A DNA stretch of 64,000 nucleotides from Trichoplax adhaerens (lineage: Eukaryota > Animalia > Placozoa). Under the pieces are notes generated by a model. The model searched no databases, was not told where the DNA came from, and saw only the letters and a list, made by a program, of their open reading frames with translations. The stretch is from positions 143,669 to 207,668 of the forward strand of contig NW_002060963.1 in the NCBI RefSeq assembly GCF_000150275.1, in the 5' to 3' direction. The translations under genes were made by a program, and so were the position numbers. This document shows, piece after piece, positions 1 through 15,600 of the stretch; position 1 is the stretch's first letter, and each line of letters opens with the position of its first letter.

Positions 1-210
1 TTAGTTCTGGTAGTTACACGGTAAGCTTGCAGGCTTTACCTATTCTACACTACTACAGTAATTCGACTAGTCACGTCGTTACTCTCACGATAATCTTACA
101 CGATTATTCTCTTACACTAGCTCAATAAAGGTTACTTTTCTGTAAACTATTCTATTGTAATTTATTGCGACTAATGCTGAAATCTCAACCTTCCGAAACA
201 TCGCACTAAT
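1..210 (+). repeat. Intronic repeat homologous to 33126-33338
   Basis: Shared tagttctg.tagttacacg, ctattctaca.tacta.ag, attcgactagtcacgtc and ccttccgaaacatc in the same order. Confidence 0.8.
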
Positions 211-494
211 CAAATAATTTTATTTTCATACTAAGTTCTGTAAATGTTAAATTATGTTTTTCGCAATTATCATATTGTAAATATGTTAGATAAAATATTT
301 AAGCAGCTACGCTTTTCTGTAATTGTTATTCTTAGTCCTTCTTTTCTAAGATCAGCTGTTATAGAAAGTTTTCCGTGTCTATCAGAGCTTGTTATACTAT
401 TATGTACGTAGTATCTCAATCGATAGAGAACCAGTAATAAAACCTGCTATTCTAGAATTACTTGTGTGAACTACACTTTAATTGCAGTTAGTAG

Positions 495-614
495 AACAGG
501 TTATGTTACAACGACATAGTTTAGTAACAGTTTACTATTAAATTAAGTGTCAGCTTAATATACTTACATGATATTCCTTGGTGATTAAACTATGTCGTTG
601 TAACAAAACCTGTT
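495..614. mobile_element. MITE/foldback-like element with 29-bp terminal inverted repeats
   Basis: aacaggttatgttacaacgacatagttta (495-523) versus taaactatgtcgttgtaacaaaacctgtt (586-614): 28/29 complementary. Confidence 0.7.
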
Positions 615-661
615 GTCTATTAATTCTCCTCATTAAATCTGTTATTTAAGTTTTCACTTAC

Positions 662-3600
662 AGTATCCTAATAAGGTTACATCTTTCTAAAAATGTTGGT
701 TCAATCGTTGATAAGTTATTACCGGCCAAATTTCTAGGTAATGATAAAAAATACAACCACATCTTCATGTGACTTACAATACTTTCAATTATTGATAATT
801 ACAAATTTTTAATGCGGGTAATTCTAGGCAACAGATCTTGGTTGAGAGTTGAGCCATTAAAACGGCAAAATGATAAATCTCTGGAATTGAAACAATATAG
901 AGTGGATTAACGAAAAATAAGATGTTAATGATAATGATATTTTTATCGCCAGTAAGATAAAGTTAATAGTAACTTAGGCTATATTAAAGAAATATTAAAA
1001 TACGGCCATTATGACGAATTTCAGACCTGTAGCTATCGAATCATTGTAATTATTAAATCGGATCTGGCAATCTTAAAAATTAGCTCATGAGAATCGCTCA
1101 GTCGATTATTTTGGGGATTTCTAACCCTAACCCTAGTCCTAGCCCTGCAATAAACGCATAGCCCTGTATAAAAAATGTATCGCTGTATCTCCTAGGAAGT
1201 GGAAATGATTTATTTCTTCTTTCATTATAGGGGGTAGATTTCGATTTGCACATAAAATTTACATAGCTTAGAGAAAATATATTAATTTCCTATAAATTTG
1301 AGGTGATAATCATCAAACAATGTTGATGCGAAAGAATATATGTCATGCTATTAGTTTTCTAACTGAAAAATTGTGATCTTCATCTGACGCACACCCACTC
1401 TTCTACCGAACATGCGATAGCATCCTACCTATAGTATATAGAAACTAGCACTAATCTGATGATTTATGTTAGTCATTATATATCTATATTTATGAACACT
1501 GTTTTTTTTATTAGGAAGTGACATAAAAGATCAGCCTGTAAATCATTGTAAGAATTAAAAGCTATAATTCTAAATAGGACTCGTGAACTATTGTAGAAGC
1601 ATATTTAAATCGCACTTTGTTATACAATAAGGAAAGTTCTAGAGAGTCTTTGTATAACATAGACTATAAAGTCTTATCTATTAGAGTAGTAATCCTAATG
1701 ATAGGACAGATATTATCCCCGATATGTGGTTCAGGGAGTTAGCTATTAACGTAAGTGGCATTAACATATTTAATCCTTTACCAATACTTAATTTAGTTAA
1801 GTTAATATCTCGCTTGTTGCGCAAATATGGGTGCTTGTATAATATCATACAAGTCAAGCATAAAGGATTACTATTTCGGATTAATTTCCAGGCATAGGGC
1901 ACTGTACAGTAGCCTATTATTTTAAATCTAAAATTTAATACCGTACCATAACCTAAAAGCTTAATCCTAAGCAGGTATTAGGAGTTACTCCAAATGATAT
2001 ATATTAGAATCAACTAATTTTTGTAGTACGTTACTCTACTAACGCTTTCACTAAATAAAATATTCATGGTTATTTAGAGTGCTCAATTTTGTAATTTGCA
2101 CATCAAATTTGGACCATAAATTTCGTCTTAGTATTAACATATAGTATAATGTATGCGAGTTGATGTCAACGATTTGCCCCGTGAAGAAATACGATATAAT
2201 CTACGTAAGATATTAAATTTAATTTTAATAGAGAGCATAAATTAATCTGATACTACTATTACCAGAATAGCCGCAATAGCATAGTAACTAAGCTGTTATA
2301 GTAAATTTCAATCCACCACAAGGATATTTAGGAAGTGAGGCAATATTTTAAGACCGATTTACGGTATATAACTTTATACCCTGTTCTATATACTAAACTA
2401 AGCTAACTGTAATAATGAATTAACTGACTATTAACTGAGATAGGTACACCCCGCATAGATAATACTAATCCTATCTGCAAGTACTGAAGTCAGTCAGATA
2501 AACTTCAAGTGAAGCTATTATTTGAAGTTTACTACAAAGTTTAAGCCTACAAATCGTGAAGCCAGGCGAAATGATCAAGGAACTCAAAATTCACAGATTG
2601 AAAAACATTGTCGGATAGAGTTCTAACCAAATAAAAATAACCAAATAAGATAGATAATATTAGGGTATATAATTATTGATGAAGTATTTAAAAATTATAG
2701 TGTGAGATATTTTACAGGCTTCCGAGCTTGGGTAATTCCTTAAATGTTTCTCGCCTCAGTTGGATAATTTCATTACTTTGTAACTTTCTAATGATTAATA
2801 AGAAATAGAGATAAATACAGTTACAGTAGAATATTTTTACATTTAACCCTATCATAAATCGTGTTCTAATTTATAGAACAGATTTTTCTGACAATGCTAG
2901 GATAATTTCTGTTTTAAGCATACATGAAGTAGTCTAAAACCGTATTATTATCTTATACCCGAATATTTATTACTCTGTAATATATTACTTCATTCACTTA
3001 CAGATTTCGTAAATTTTTTAAACCAGCGAACGCCCCATTTGGAATTTCTTTAATTTTATTTTGATCAAGGGTGCTAAATAGATAAACATTAGCGAAAGTT
3101 ATGGTGTGCTTAACTTTCGTACAAGCTTTAAAATTCAAGTAAAACAAAATTAGCACCAGAAATATACAATTCAGAAATAGATGATTGGGATTGTAATTGC
3201 AGTGCAGATAGTAATTGAAACCCTATTTCAATCTACATAAGATTTCAACTTCATACCGTTACTTGACTATTTTTAAGTACTAATTCTGGAGAGCTGGTGT
3301 TACGATTAAAATTTTTACATAATGCTTATTTTCATTTAATAGACAAAAATTAGTTGGTAGAAAAATTGAAGTAAGGAGAAGTTATTTCTAATAAATTTTA
3401 TTGATTACTTACAGAGCTAGTAGATAGGGAATTTGGTTAAATAGCTGAGTCGGTATTTCAGCCAGTAAGTTGTTCTTTAAAAGACTGGATGTAAAAAAAG
3501 AAAGATATGTGAATGATTAAATAGATATTTATTATCGCTCTGTGATAATCAATCCAATTATTCAAAGTAAATATTTCACAATTACAGATTTTGTAGGGTA

Positions 3601-6600
3601 GAAATGTTGCCAAATATTCCAGAATTGATATATGAGATCTTATTTCCTTCTAGATTTCTATATGACATTTAAACTAATCTCAGTTATTAAGATCAAGAAA
3701 TATAATCTTGACCACGTAATTTTCTGTGCTAGATAAATGAAACACTTTCCATGTGATAGAAAATACTGGTATTTTGATGAATTACAGCTGGTACAAGAAG
3801 GTAAAGAATGGATATGATTATTTTGCACACGTACATAGTTTGTAGTGGAGAAATTGAAGAAAAGCTGTTGGTTGCAAGGTATTTGATATCATTATTAGTG
3901 AGAAATCTGTATCATAGATAAACATAAATTTAAGATTGTTTACAATCATGAGTATAGCTACAATTAGGGGCGGTATCGGTTTTGAATTTCACTATAGCAA
4001 TTTCATTATATCAGTAGAAGATTCATAAATCGAGATTTTAATTAGTAAGACATAATTAATATTGCAAGAGCCAGATTTTGAGTGTATTAGAAATTCAAAA
4101 TAAAATACATATACATGTAGACACCTAGAATATTAAGAAAAGTATTATCAAATCTAATATGACTTACACAGTCTGCAAGGATGTCATATCTCTAAAGGTA
4201 TTACTTTCAACTGATTTAATCTGATTTCTTGAAATGTTTCTATAGAAAGGAATATATTTATTTCAGTACTTAAGAATTTATAAGACTATAATCAAGATTA
4301 AACTGGAATTGATATAGAGTAGCTGAGGTCAATGGTTGTTCAATAGTACGTTTAACTATCAGTAATTTGTAGATTATTGATGTCTACAGCTGCATAACGT
4401 ATAAAATGTAGATTTACCATAGAAGACTAATACCATAATTAATACATATTCTCTGTTAGTTTATCATACTGAGCTTAAAAGTTCTAATTGACTTACTATT
4501 AGTTAGAGTAAAGAATGAATTTAATTCAAACTTTTGCCAAAACTATCACTGCAAGTCCATGATTTGGCATTATATTTACGTTACGGTTGTAAACCGTCTT
4601 GATATTTATAGGATAAAGTTTTACAAGTTATGGTAATATAAGTTCATTGCAAAACTGTACTAATTTGAAGTACAGTAGTACTAGGAAGTAGAATAGTGTA
4701 CTATGCTTAATAAAGTAATTGCATGATAGCTGGTATGATAAATGGTGTAGTCCACTTGTAATATTCGTACTGTGTACTGTACGTAGAAGGCCGTATCTGA
4801 TAGCTATATAAAGTTATTTTGTGTAATGTATTTAGGTAATTCTGAAGTTGTACGGAATTATTGTTGTAGAGGATAATAAGTCGATTTTCCAATTTATCTT
4901 AGTTATTTTCAACTGTTATTAAACGAGAAGAAAAGTAAATTCTACCCAGTAAATATGCTATTAATAAATGATACTTTTAAACTTAAATACGACGCTGCCT
5001 AATTTTGTCACGTCGAAGGTTTGTTTAATTTTAATATCTTAAATTTCGAGTATATGAATTGCGAGCCTAAAAGGTCATAGAATCCATCCATTACAAAAGT
5101 AGAGTAAATCGACTACAGTTAGTTACTCTACCACTTCATAACAAGAATAAGTACTGTCTTATATTTTAGTTATCCATCACATGTAGTACTTATATAAGGA
5201 CTTTTATCTCGCTTATATTATGTACGGCATACTTACACAAATGTCGTATGTGAACAACTTAAGAAATGATTTCGCTGTAAATGTTGGATCTTGTTATTGT
5301 CAAGATAGCTGATTGAATATTTTAATGAAGACGTCGATTTTTAATATCTTGAGATTTGATAGTTCGAGTGTTGTTATACATTTCTTAATAAATTTGATTC
5401 TTACATGTTAAGTAATGTTGTTCCATTGCAGATGTCGTGTGGAATTTCTCTCAAGCGATTATTAGATAGGAGACTATCAATGTGAGATTACCAAGATAAT
5501 AGACGATGTCAAATAGCTAATTTGATAGCATTATCGCCGAATAATTGAAATTAAATCTCGTCTTTTACTTGTAGCTCACATATAACGATTTACATACGAG
5601 TACTAAGAGTGTGTAAAACTTAATTAATTATTCCCCGCGTAATTTAAACAGTTCTCTATATAACGTACATATTTCTTAAAAATGGAAAGTTGGAGAAAAA
5701 TCCATCTTCAATTCTTTGGATGTAGTTATCTTTCACACTACTAAAGAGCAATATAAAGTAGTCCTACGTAAATATATTAGGTTAGAATAGTACATTTGCT
5801 GTAATCGTGTATCATTCTTATATAAACTTACATATGGCGTATTGTTAATACTTTTGTTCTGTCATCATTTCTTAATGTGGTTATACGATTATAGCGAGCA
5901 TCACTATAAGTTTAATCAGTTCGTTCTAGATATTAATTCTTAATACGTAAGATTTTATTGTGATGATTATATTTGTATTGCTGAATTAGAAAATCAAACA
6001 GTTTAAGTTTTATTCCAATTTGAAGGAAAATTACGTTTTAAATGTTTTCAAATTTAGTACATGTAATGCTATTAAAAAAGTTGCAGTATTCTTTTATTTA
6101 TAATATCGTATAGTTATAAGAACAAATTCATGAATAATCAGGTATTTTTATCGTAGGGAAAATTATTAAGAATGATCTATTTATGGTCACAAGCATGTAA
6201 TCAAAGGACTTATTTCTAAAATGTGCTGGCAAGAAAATGATCTATTTTTTGATTCAATGCTGTATGATGTATGATAATATCAATGCAAATGGATGTAAGT
6301 AAGTAATATTTATGTAATCTTGGTGAACTAAGTTTCATTTATTATTCGCGCATGATTAACTTACATATAAGTCATGATTGGGTGTTCATAAAAATAACTG
6401 AAGTCTATTTCCAATAATCCATTTTTGGTTAAGTATCTGTAAATAGTTAAGTTTAATTAAGTTACGTGGAAAAAATATACTTACATATCTAAAATTTGTT
6501 ACTCTCAGATGGCGATGTGATTTTAAGGAAAATGATAGCTTTGTATTCATGGATAAGCAGTTAGTAGGTCGTATTCTTATAATCAGGTCATTAAGCTGTA

Positions 6601-9600
6601 CTTTACTAGAGAAACTAACTAAGAATGTGGCATTTTGTGGCAATATTGAAAGTTCTTACATAGCATTCAAATGTTCTGCATTTTCGAATAAATTCTTAGG
6701 TATTTGTGTCAGTAGATTATTGATGAATAACCTATGATGTGAGAATTTTGCGGAATGGCATTTGCTTTAGTGATATTTTTAGGTTAAAACGATACCGTAG
6801 ATGACTTGAACTTGTTAATACCAGCAAAATATGTCAAATAGTAACATAATAATTCAACCAATTTCTCCTCGTTTTATGAAAAATAACGTTTTCAAATATT
6901 ATTACAATGTAAACATTTATTTTAACTGATACTTTTTTAAAGATGTATGCGTACATTACAGCCAACATTGTGATTGCGACATCACTTTAGGCTAAAACTA
7001 ATACAACCAAATTTTAGTTAGATTTACTATGCTTTATTTTAGTTAGTTGTTTACAAATATCTAAGGTTTGGTATATTCTTCAAGTCAAGTGCCTCTATAT
7101 GTCCAAGATTATTTGAACTGTATTGTCTATAGATCAAATAAATTAATTCAATTTCTTAAAATGGAATAAGTTAAGATCAAGCTTAAATACAATATTTAGG
7201 ATACAGGTAAGGTATAGCTAGTATTTTCTTCGATTACTAGTTAAAGGCAATTTATAATTGCTAAACATAGAGTATCATTAGTTATAGTAATTTTTATACA
7301 ATTCTTAGTAATAAATAAAAATTTAGCTAATATATATATAACTACTATATGTAGCCCTCAATGGGAATATGCATATTTTCGACAAAGCCCGCTTGTTTTA
7401 CATATATTGTCATTATCAAATGGTAAAAACATTAACTACCCTCAATTGATACAAGTAATTGTGGCCCAAGCTTGGCTAGTACAGTTTATAATTACAATGA
7501 ATGATCTTAAATAGTGTTTAATTTTCTCACATTTGATAAAGGAGAGTATTTTTAAAGTAAGATAAGTAACGGGAAGGCAATTGATTGCCATAGATTCGCC
7601 TGCAATACACAAGAATTAGTTAATAAAGTGTATATAATATAATAAGTCACCTAGAATAAAATGTAAGTCGGAAGCCTCTTTAATAGCAGAATCTAGGTTT
7701 GTCAATTTCTGTGCTTACAAGGAACTAATGCTACGAAGTGGTGGAGCTGTGCCATTTTCCGATGTATAACTGATCGATTGAAGTCGGTTCCAGCCTAAGG
7801 CTCTAGATTTGTTATATTGATAAAAATAAAGATAATTATTGGGCTTTGCATTGTAAGATTTTTACGGTAGTAGTGAATTATGTACCATATAAACAGTAGA
7901 TTCTGTTATAAACTATTAGCCGAAGATAGACATATCTTACTAATGTAGTAGACTAAATAATTTATGAAACAAAACTCAATTTTACTAGAAATTGCAGTCC
8001 TGTTATTCAGCACAGTTTTTGATATTCTTTATGTCAATATTAAAAATATCCCTTTTTAAATAGGACTAAAATTTTGTCGTATTTATTACGATGAGCGCCT
8101 TTATTAATCATATTAAAGTTTAGTGTTAGTAAATTTGCTTTGTATTGTGATGTTGACTATAATTTCGACTAAAGTAGTGATAAAATTATAATTCTGTTTC
8201 GGATAATATTGAATACAAATCATTCTGTAGTTCAATCAACGAAACGCCGCAATATTCGCATACCATACACGAACGTGATTAATTTAAGACAAATTAACTA
8301 ACCAATAAACGTATTGTCTTAAATCGATCCCATAATTTCTGAGTATAATAGTCATGCAGCACTTTAGTAGTAGTTTAGTTCTAATAACGGCGATGAAAGC
8401 CAAAGATTTGCTTCTCGCATCAAATCAGAAATATGAATATCGTATTGTTATGGTACAAGTACACTATGAAAGATATCATATGCGCTGATTAAGTATTTAT
8501 TTCGTAGTAGATTTCTGCCTATATAGGTTAGGTTGACTAAACTTTTGTAACTGACTTGTAATTGCTAATGATGCTCATTAATAACCATTTTTATAATTTC
8601 TACGAGTAAACTAGCGTTGGTCGTTTTAGTTGAAATAAAGTAAAAGTAGTTCAACGTTGTGAAATTTGTGTGATTACAATCTAGAAGGGTAGTTTTAAGC
8701 CCAAACTAGAGTAGTAGTTGACAGTAGCAACTTAAAAGAGCAGCGTACTTTACTTTATACTTTGTCAGGATAGTAGTCCGTGACACGTATATATAATTTA
8801 ATTCTTCACTAGCTAACTTTAAATAACTAAATCATAAATTCTCATTCTAATTAGATTTAAGCTTATACTACTAAAAGTCTTTTTCTTATCTCGGGTTATG
8901 GACTAATATCCAAATACACGATATCATTACTTACAGTATTCTTAACGTGGGCAAATTTGCAACACAACGTAAGTCAAAGCTCTTTATTTTGTTGCCATGG
9001 AATACGCTGTAAAAAATTAAATCAATTTTGATTAAAATTTGAACATTATGCGGTTTAGCAGCAAAATTGTAGATATATCAACTGGCTCATCTTCTAAGTT
9101 CAAGTTTAATCTTTATATCCAGTAAAACAATTTAAGATTGACTTAATGTAGCCATATCCGCATTTTCTTATTTCATTTAAATTGAGTTGGTTCGAAGCAG
9201 GAATTGTTTCTAACTACAGTTTAAATCATTATTTGCTAAAATATTTAGATATAATACTGTGATAAAGTGATCTTTCAAAACAATAAATCAAGAACTACAG
9301 TTTCTTGTAAATTCCACTTTATTACAGAAGTTAGGTTCGTCTAACTACCAAGGACTATCTGACTATCTGACAATCTACTTATTACAGCAAAATTCACGAT
9401 TTATATACGATTAGTTACAGAATGCTTTTACTGTAACAAATCTTATCTTGCCCATTAAGTCGCAAGATCAGATCTAAATTTACCATCGCGCAATCTATTC
9501 ATAATTCGCGCGTCTATTTAAAGCATTACAATACAATACTTACAGTACTAACATACTTAGCGCAAATCTATTTACATCTCAGATCTTTATATAACCATCT

Positions 9601-12600
9601 TAATAGATTCGCTACAATACGTACTGTAAACATCTTCTACAAATAGACTCTTACACAATCTTACGCTCTAGCTTACAAGTTAAGTTATTCTCGTACAGTC
9701 TTATAATAGTAATCTAAGCTATATTTGGGGCTGCACTACAAATACCTTAATAGTTAATTAAATCAGCTTCTTCTGCAAGCTAAATGAGTTATAAGTCTCT
9801 ATATTTCTTCTAGTTTATAGGATTTAGTGCTATAAATCGAAGCTTTTACTCGCAATTTTAATAATTTCATCATATTTTTATTCTAAAATAACTTAGGAAC
9901 ATATTTCTCTAAAGTTGACAAACATTAATCTTCGAGAAGCAAGTGTAGAAGTTAATATACGTATTATATATTCGACGGATACAAAAAGGGGTATCTTATT
10001 ATATTAGGGTGCTGCTAGATTGAATCGGTAATGTTTGGATAGGTGCGTCTTTAATAATTCCTAATATACCAGTTCCATAATTATAATAATCGACTTACAC
10101 TTCGTAGACTTGGGGTAGATTTTGAAATACTAAATTAGGCAAGCTGTTTATCATGTTATGCGCCAAAATTCTAATAGCAATGGAAATTGCATTTATTAGA
10201 AGATATGAACGCAGCTGATTTTTCACTGACTATGTCTAAAAGCTATTACTCTATTTGCATATTAGCTATGTAGTGATCTCCGACATATATATCAGTTTTA
10301 ACATATATAATGCTTACAACTGCTGCAGCTTGACCAGGTTTGTAAATGCGTTTTCTTCTATTACATTTATCAGATTTCCTGTGAAATCTCTATTTTTGAG
10401 AGAGAAAAACAAATAAATTTAAATTTGACTTTGCTATTTCCTTAAATTTACGTAAATTTAGGTCCTTATATCAGTACAACTGCCGTTAAACTTAAATGAC
10501 GTGTTGACAAGATTTTATAAATTTTAAAAGCACGAAGTAATTGCCATGGAATCTTTATTTTTGGGTGTACTATGAATATAATATGAATCCGTGTAATAAA
10601 AATATTGCCTAATTATTACTGATCCTCAACAACCGAAACAATAGTTTACTTCCGAACTTAAAGAAAGTCTAATCTTATTACCATCAAGCTCTCTAACATA
10701 TAGTTGGGCATCAATTTACACATACAGCTATAAAGATTTAACAAGTTTAAGATAAAAACAGTAGTTCAGATCCAATCTTATTCAATTACTTTATATGAAA
10801 AATTATGAGATATCATTAGTAAGGATTTATCATGCTTATTACAAAGATTTCAAGCTTCATAAATTCTTAGTAAATGTAAATTAATAACTAATAATTCAGA
10901 CGAGAATTAGCAGTTTTCAATAATTTACACGCAAATAGCATGAATTTTTAATTATATTTGTGAACATAGACACCTTCTCTACATATAAATCGACATACTG
11001 CGTATGGTCTGTAAACTCTATACGAAACACTATAAATTTGAATTCCCTGCTTATTAGAATTACCATTTATACAGTATTTGATTTTGTATATTAATTTTAC
11101 AATACTATTATAGCTGGTAGTATGTACCGCGACATTAATATGTTGAATTTAAGATTTAGATTCTGTTTAGATATACAGTAAATGCATTATAGTATCATTA
11201 TAGTATTTATCTACATGGATACAGTAGTTCAATCTATAGCATAACTAGAAGTGACGTGGTTTAGCGATTTTTTCATATTTGCATTTTTAAGACAGAAGAT
11301 ATTATTGCTTGCTTTGAAACCTTGATTGCGAGTAGGCATACTGAAGATAGTATTATTTATGGGGTTTACATTAAGTATATAAATACAATGCAAGTTTGGA
11401 GAAAAGGTGTTCGTGAGCTATTCTTAAAATCGAAATATTTTAAACTTACAGTGTTTTTAGATTTAGCAAGGAATCGAACTGGTAGGATGTCAGGTTGGTC
11501 ATCTTATTGCTTGTTAGATTTCTTGCGTAATGAGATAAATCAAGGGCATAGGAGAATATAAACTTAAGTAATGAAATACGGGTATCGATTGATTTCAATA
11601 TCCGATGAAAAGCTATTACGATGTGTAATACTGATTGTAAATAAACTAGTAAATATTCTTGGTATGCATGTTATCAGTGCGATAATAAGGCAATGATTCA
11701 CCACGAAAATTAAGCGAATTTCCTCAACATCCTTTCAACAAACTAATGATAGAAGCACACTCAATATATCAAGAGTAAATTTCTGTTTATAATTTTTGTT
11801 TATATAATATCTTATTTCATAGCAATAAGAAGTAGAAGCGATATGTCTATTGGGTACATAGGATTTATATTAAATTTTACTCCATAAATTGTATATTAAA
11901 TATAGTTTAATACGCTTATTTAGTATTTTTCAACTTTAAGAACTTTAGTTAGACTATATTTTGATCATCTTTAAAGGCAAGTACTTTATACTAGCACTGC
12001 ATTGCGTTGTAAAATCAAATACGATTGGAGTTGATTTAGAATGATACAAAGAGATTTTAAGCATACAGAATTTGTAAATTTGGTATCAAGTTGAATGCAC
12101 TTCTTTCAATAAGGCTAATCTCATTGAATTGTAATTCTCTGAAAATTGAAGTAAATAGCACATATTGTATGAGTAATACACGATTATAAGGAAAATAGAA
12201 ATGTAATTGAATATTATGCACCTAAATTTGCCTTCAGATATTTAATACTACCTTATTTTCTTTTCAAATGCTAATAGTATTCAACAAATCTGAGCTATAA
12301 TGATAGATTATCACATAAGATTTCGATATCTTACAATGTAGTCATAGCAGGTAGAAATGGAAAGCTATCATTCTTAATAGATTGAATTCGATTAAGATTC
12401 AAATACCTAAATTTTGAGGTGATAACGATTTACAGTCACGTATCGCCAAGCTTTTATATTGCTATGACATTCATCAATTATCTTTACGAGTATTATCGCA
12501 TAATATACAGTATTATTTAATTATCATATAAGTAGTAAATTGATTACAAAAACATTATAATTTCGTAACGTACAGTACTTGTAGTTGGTAGAGTTTAGCA

Positions 12601-15600
12601 AATTTATAGCTTTCGATTTGAAAGGGTTTTGGAAATAAGCCAGAAATGTCACTATTGCAAAAATTTAAAATTAAATATTAAATGACGGTAATGTACTAAA
12701 AATTACGTTCTAGTTTTAAAGATCTTGGCTTGTCATAGCAGATAACAATTACATCAGGTAATCTGAGAGAAATAGTGGTTTTGATATTAATATTCAATAC
12801 TGAACAAGAAGTACATAATATGAGAGAAAGAGAGGATTATGATGTAGTGAGATCGCTACAATAAAGCAGGGGAGGTCAAGTGCGCGAGCTTTACGAGCTA
12901 GTAAAACTACCTTTTAATTAGATAGATAATAAAAAGTTTTTTAAAAGATGAGAACATAGCATGAGATGTACTATAATGAGAAATAGTAGTCAGAGCATCC
13001 CACTTCTATGGTGAGATTAGTCTTTGATACGACGAATTTAAATATTAATTTAGAAATATGCTAAAGTAGATGTAATATGGTAAAGTAAAAATAGACCGTA
13101 TCGTTTATAGGAGCATATACTATCATGGCGATCGCTAAATTGGTATTTAACTCCTGTTGTAATATTGGTCTATTGCGTATTTAAAGTATACTTGTTGACT
13201 TAAGAAACATACACTATATAGTGCATGTCCAGTTACTTCCATACATTGTGTATTTATTCATACTTACAGATATTTTAGGTGAGGATGAGCACTGAAGCTG
13301 TAGTTAGCATGAGTAATGCTTTGAGAGATTTTCCTGATCCCAATTATTGATGGTATAAAATAAACAAAGTTTAAGTGAGTATAATGCAATTGTTTTAATC
13401 TAGATATATTCATATATAAAAAGAGTCTTCAAAACATTATAACAAGAACTGTAATTACTTATAAAACTGCTCTTTAATACATAAACTTGGATCATCTGAC
13501 AAATCAAAGACTAACTACTTTCAATCAAGTTTTCGACGATTTGTATACTTATAAGTTACTGTAATATTTTAGCAAAATAACCATAGATTACCAACTAAGT
13601 CAGAAGATCAAAACTAAATTTATCATCGATAGATCTATTATCGACCATCGCTTCTAATTGGTGTGCTACGATGAATTCTTTATAAAACTAAATTACTTAG
13701 TGTAATCGACTAGTTATCTTGAGGTTTCGATATATTCATCGTCATAGAAAAGCTACAATGCGTACCATAAATACACTTTTGAAAAAGATACTCTCACTGA
13801 ACGAGTTATTGTGAAGAATCAGATTATGAAATTTAGTAAATGTAATATTGTATTATGATGATCATACTTGACTACGAAGCGCAAGAATCACTGTAGTTAT
13901 AATTACTTGTGTAAATTATATGCTGTGAGCTAGTTCTCTAGAATTAGTCAGTAGATGTCTATGACTAGAAGTATTTCTGCTTTAATTTGGTTGTCTAGTA
14001 TACATTAACTACTACAATGTTACGATGTTTCATTAGTGTTAGCTGTCTGGTTAAGAGTATATAAGCTCGACAGACAGTGGAGCAAGATCAATTTCCTAGT
14101 TGTTAGCGTAAAAGCAAAGACTTCTTTAATTTCTGTAAAAAAGTCAATAGAAATTGAATCCCAGAGACGTTGGGTGTTAAGAGATTAGTTTTTACGTAGT
14201 CCTTATTGCGAAGCTGTACTGTGATAGATACTTGCCTAGTCTTGTAATCAAATGTACAACTTACACTATTCTCTTACTATATTTTAAATTTAGGTTTAAC
14301 CTATTTTAGGAATTGCTCTAATGTTTAGATGTTCTTTAAGTTTAGAACATAGATTTTAGAAATTGTTAACTTGAAAGTTAAAATTTCAAGTAATAAAATA
14401 TATATTATTTGTTAATATTTCGTACGTACGCGTGTATAAGGCAGAAATTAGGTGTTAACTACCGATATGCAATAGAGAAGTAGCTCTACTATGTTGATAA
14501 ATAGGGGGCCTGTACTAACATTAGTTGGAGCTTGTTAAAGTTGGATATAGCACTAACTTCGCCATCTCTAAGGTCCATACCACTGGCATCTCTATAAAGC
14601 AATGTAGATATTATGGTTATATAATTGTTAAGAGGCATTTTGTTGCTATTACGGTTATTTTATTAATAATCAAAGGCCTGCGCTAAATCACAACTTATTG
14701 ATTTATTTTATATTTCTAAAGCTATAATAGCTATAAAATTGCGCGTAATTTCTCCATTAATGAAGGTGTTCATTACTGAATTACCAGATGTAGACATACT
14801 TACAGACGAAGTGTATTTCTGAAAATATGGAAGGCACCTGTACTTAAATTTGTTTGTTTATGGACTATTTCGTTACTACGAAGTATACTTTTATGATATC
14901 CAAGATAAAATGATAGAATAGTTAAGGTATTCATTTAAAGTGATAATTTTACTTTTTTGTATAAATAAACTCTAATAGTGCATCCTAATTATTATAAGAT
15001 TGCGTTCTGAATAAAAGAAAATAGTAGAATATAGATGCTATTGCATGTGTGTAGTACGAATGGACATGATATTGAGTATAGACGGAGATGCCTTACACCG
15101 TTTTGAATCTTTTAAAAGGTGATGCTGAAGTTAAACCATGATAATTTGATATATCATTTCCATTAAGATATCTAAATAATGATATAGATAATCTAAATTA
15201 ACTTCCTATCTCATAAATATATTTTCAGATTTAATTTAATACGATTTCATCTAGCGTATTTTAATATGAAATTATTTAATAAAGTCGAACGAAAATTGAA
15301 ATCACTTACAATACGAATAATCTTGAAAATTTGGATAAGTCTGCTACATCCAAACTTGTTAATAAGTTGTTACTAGCAATTCTATGGTGTTGAAGAAAAA
15401 TACATATTATAAATCTAATAACAATTTTAGCAATTCTTAGTCTACTTCTATTGATTTTTATATTCTTTGTATAAGGATTACAGTCATAATATGCATAACT
15501 ATATGGCTGTTCTAAGTACCAGAATGTCAAGCTGGTCACTAATTGCGTTTTACAGACCATGACGTAAAGCTACTCTTTAGCACTTGTAAGTTACCGATAA

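Noticed and set aside
1121-1146. CTAACCCTAACCCTAGTCCTAGCCCT telomere-like tract
   Set aside because: Only about 2 perfect units; too short to call an interstitial telomere.
6485-6575. Candidate extra exon in gene B (within ORF 6386..6643)
   Set aside because: Ends in phase 0, is not LRR-like and has no counterpart in gene A.
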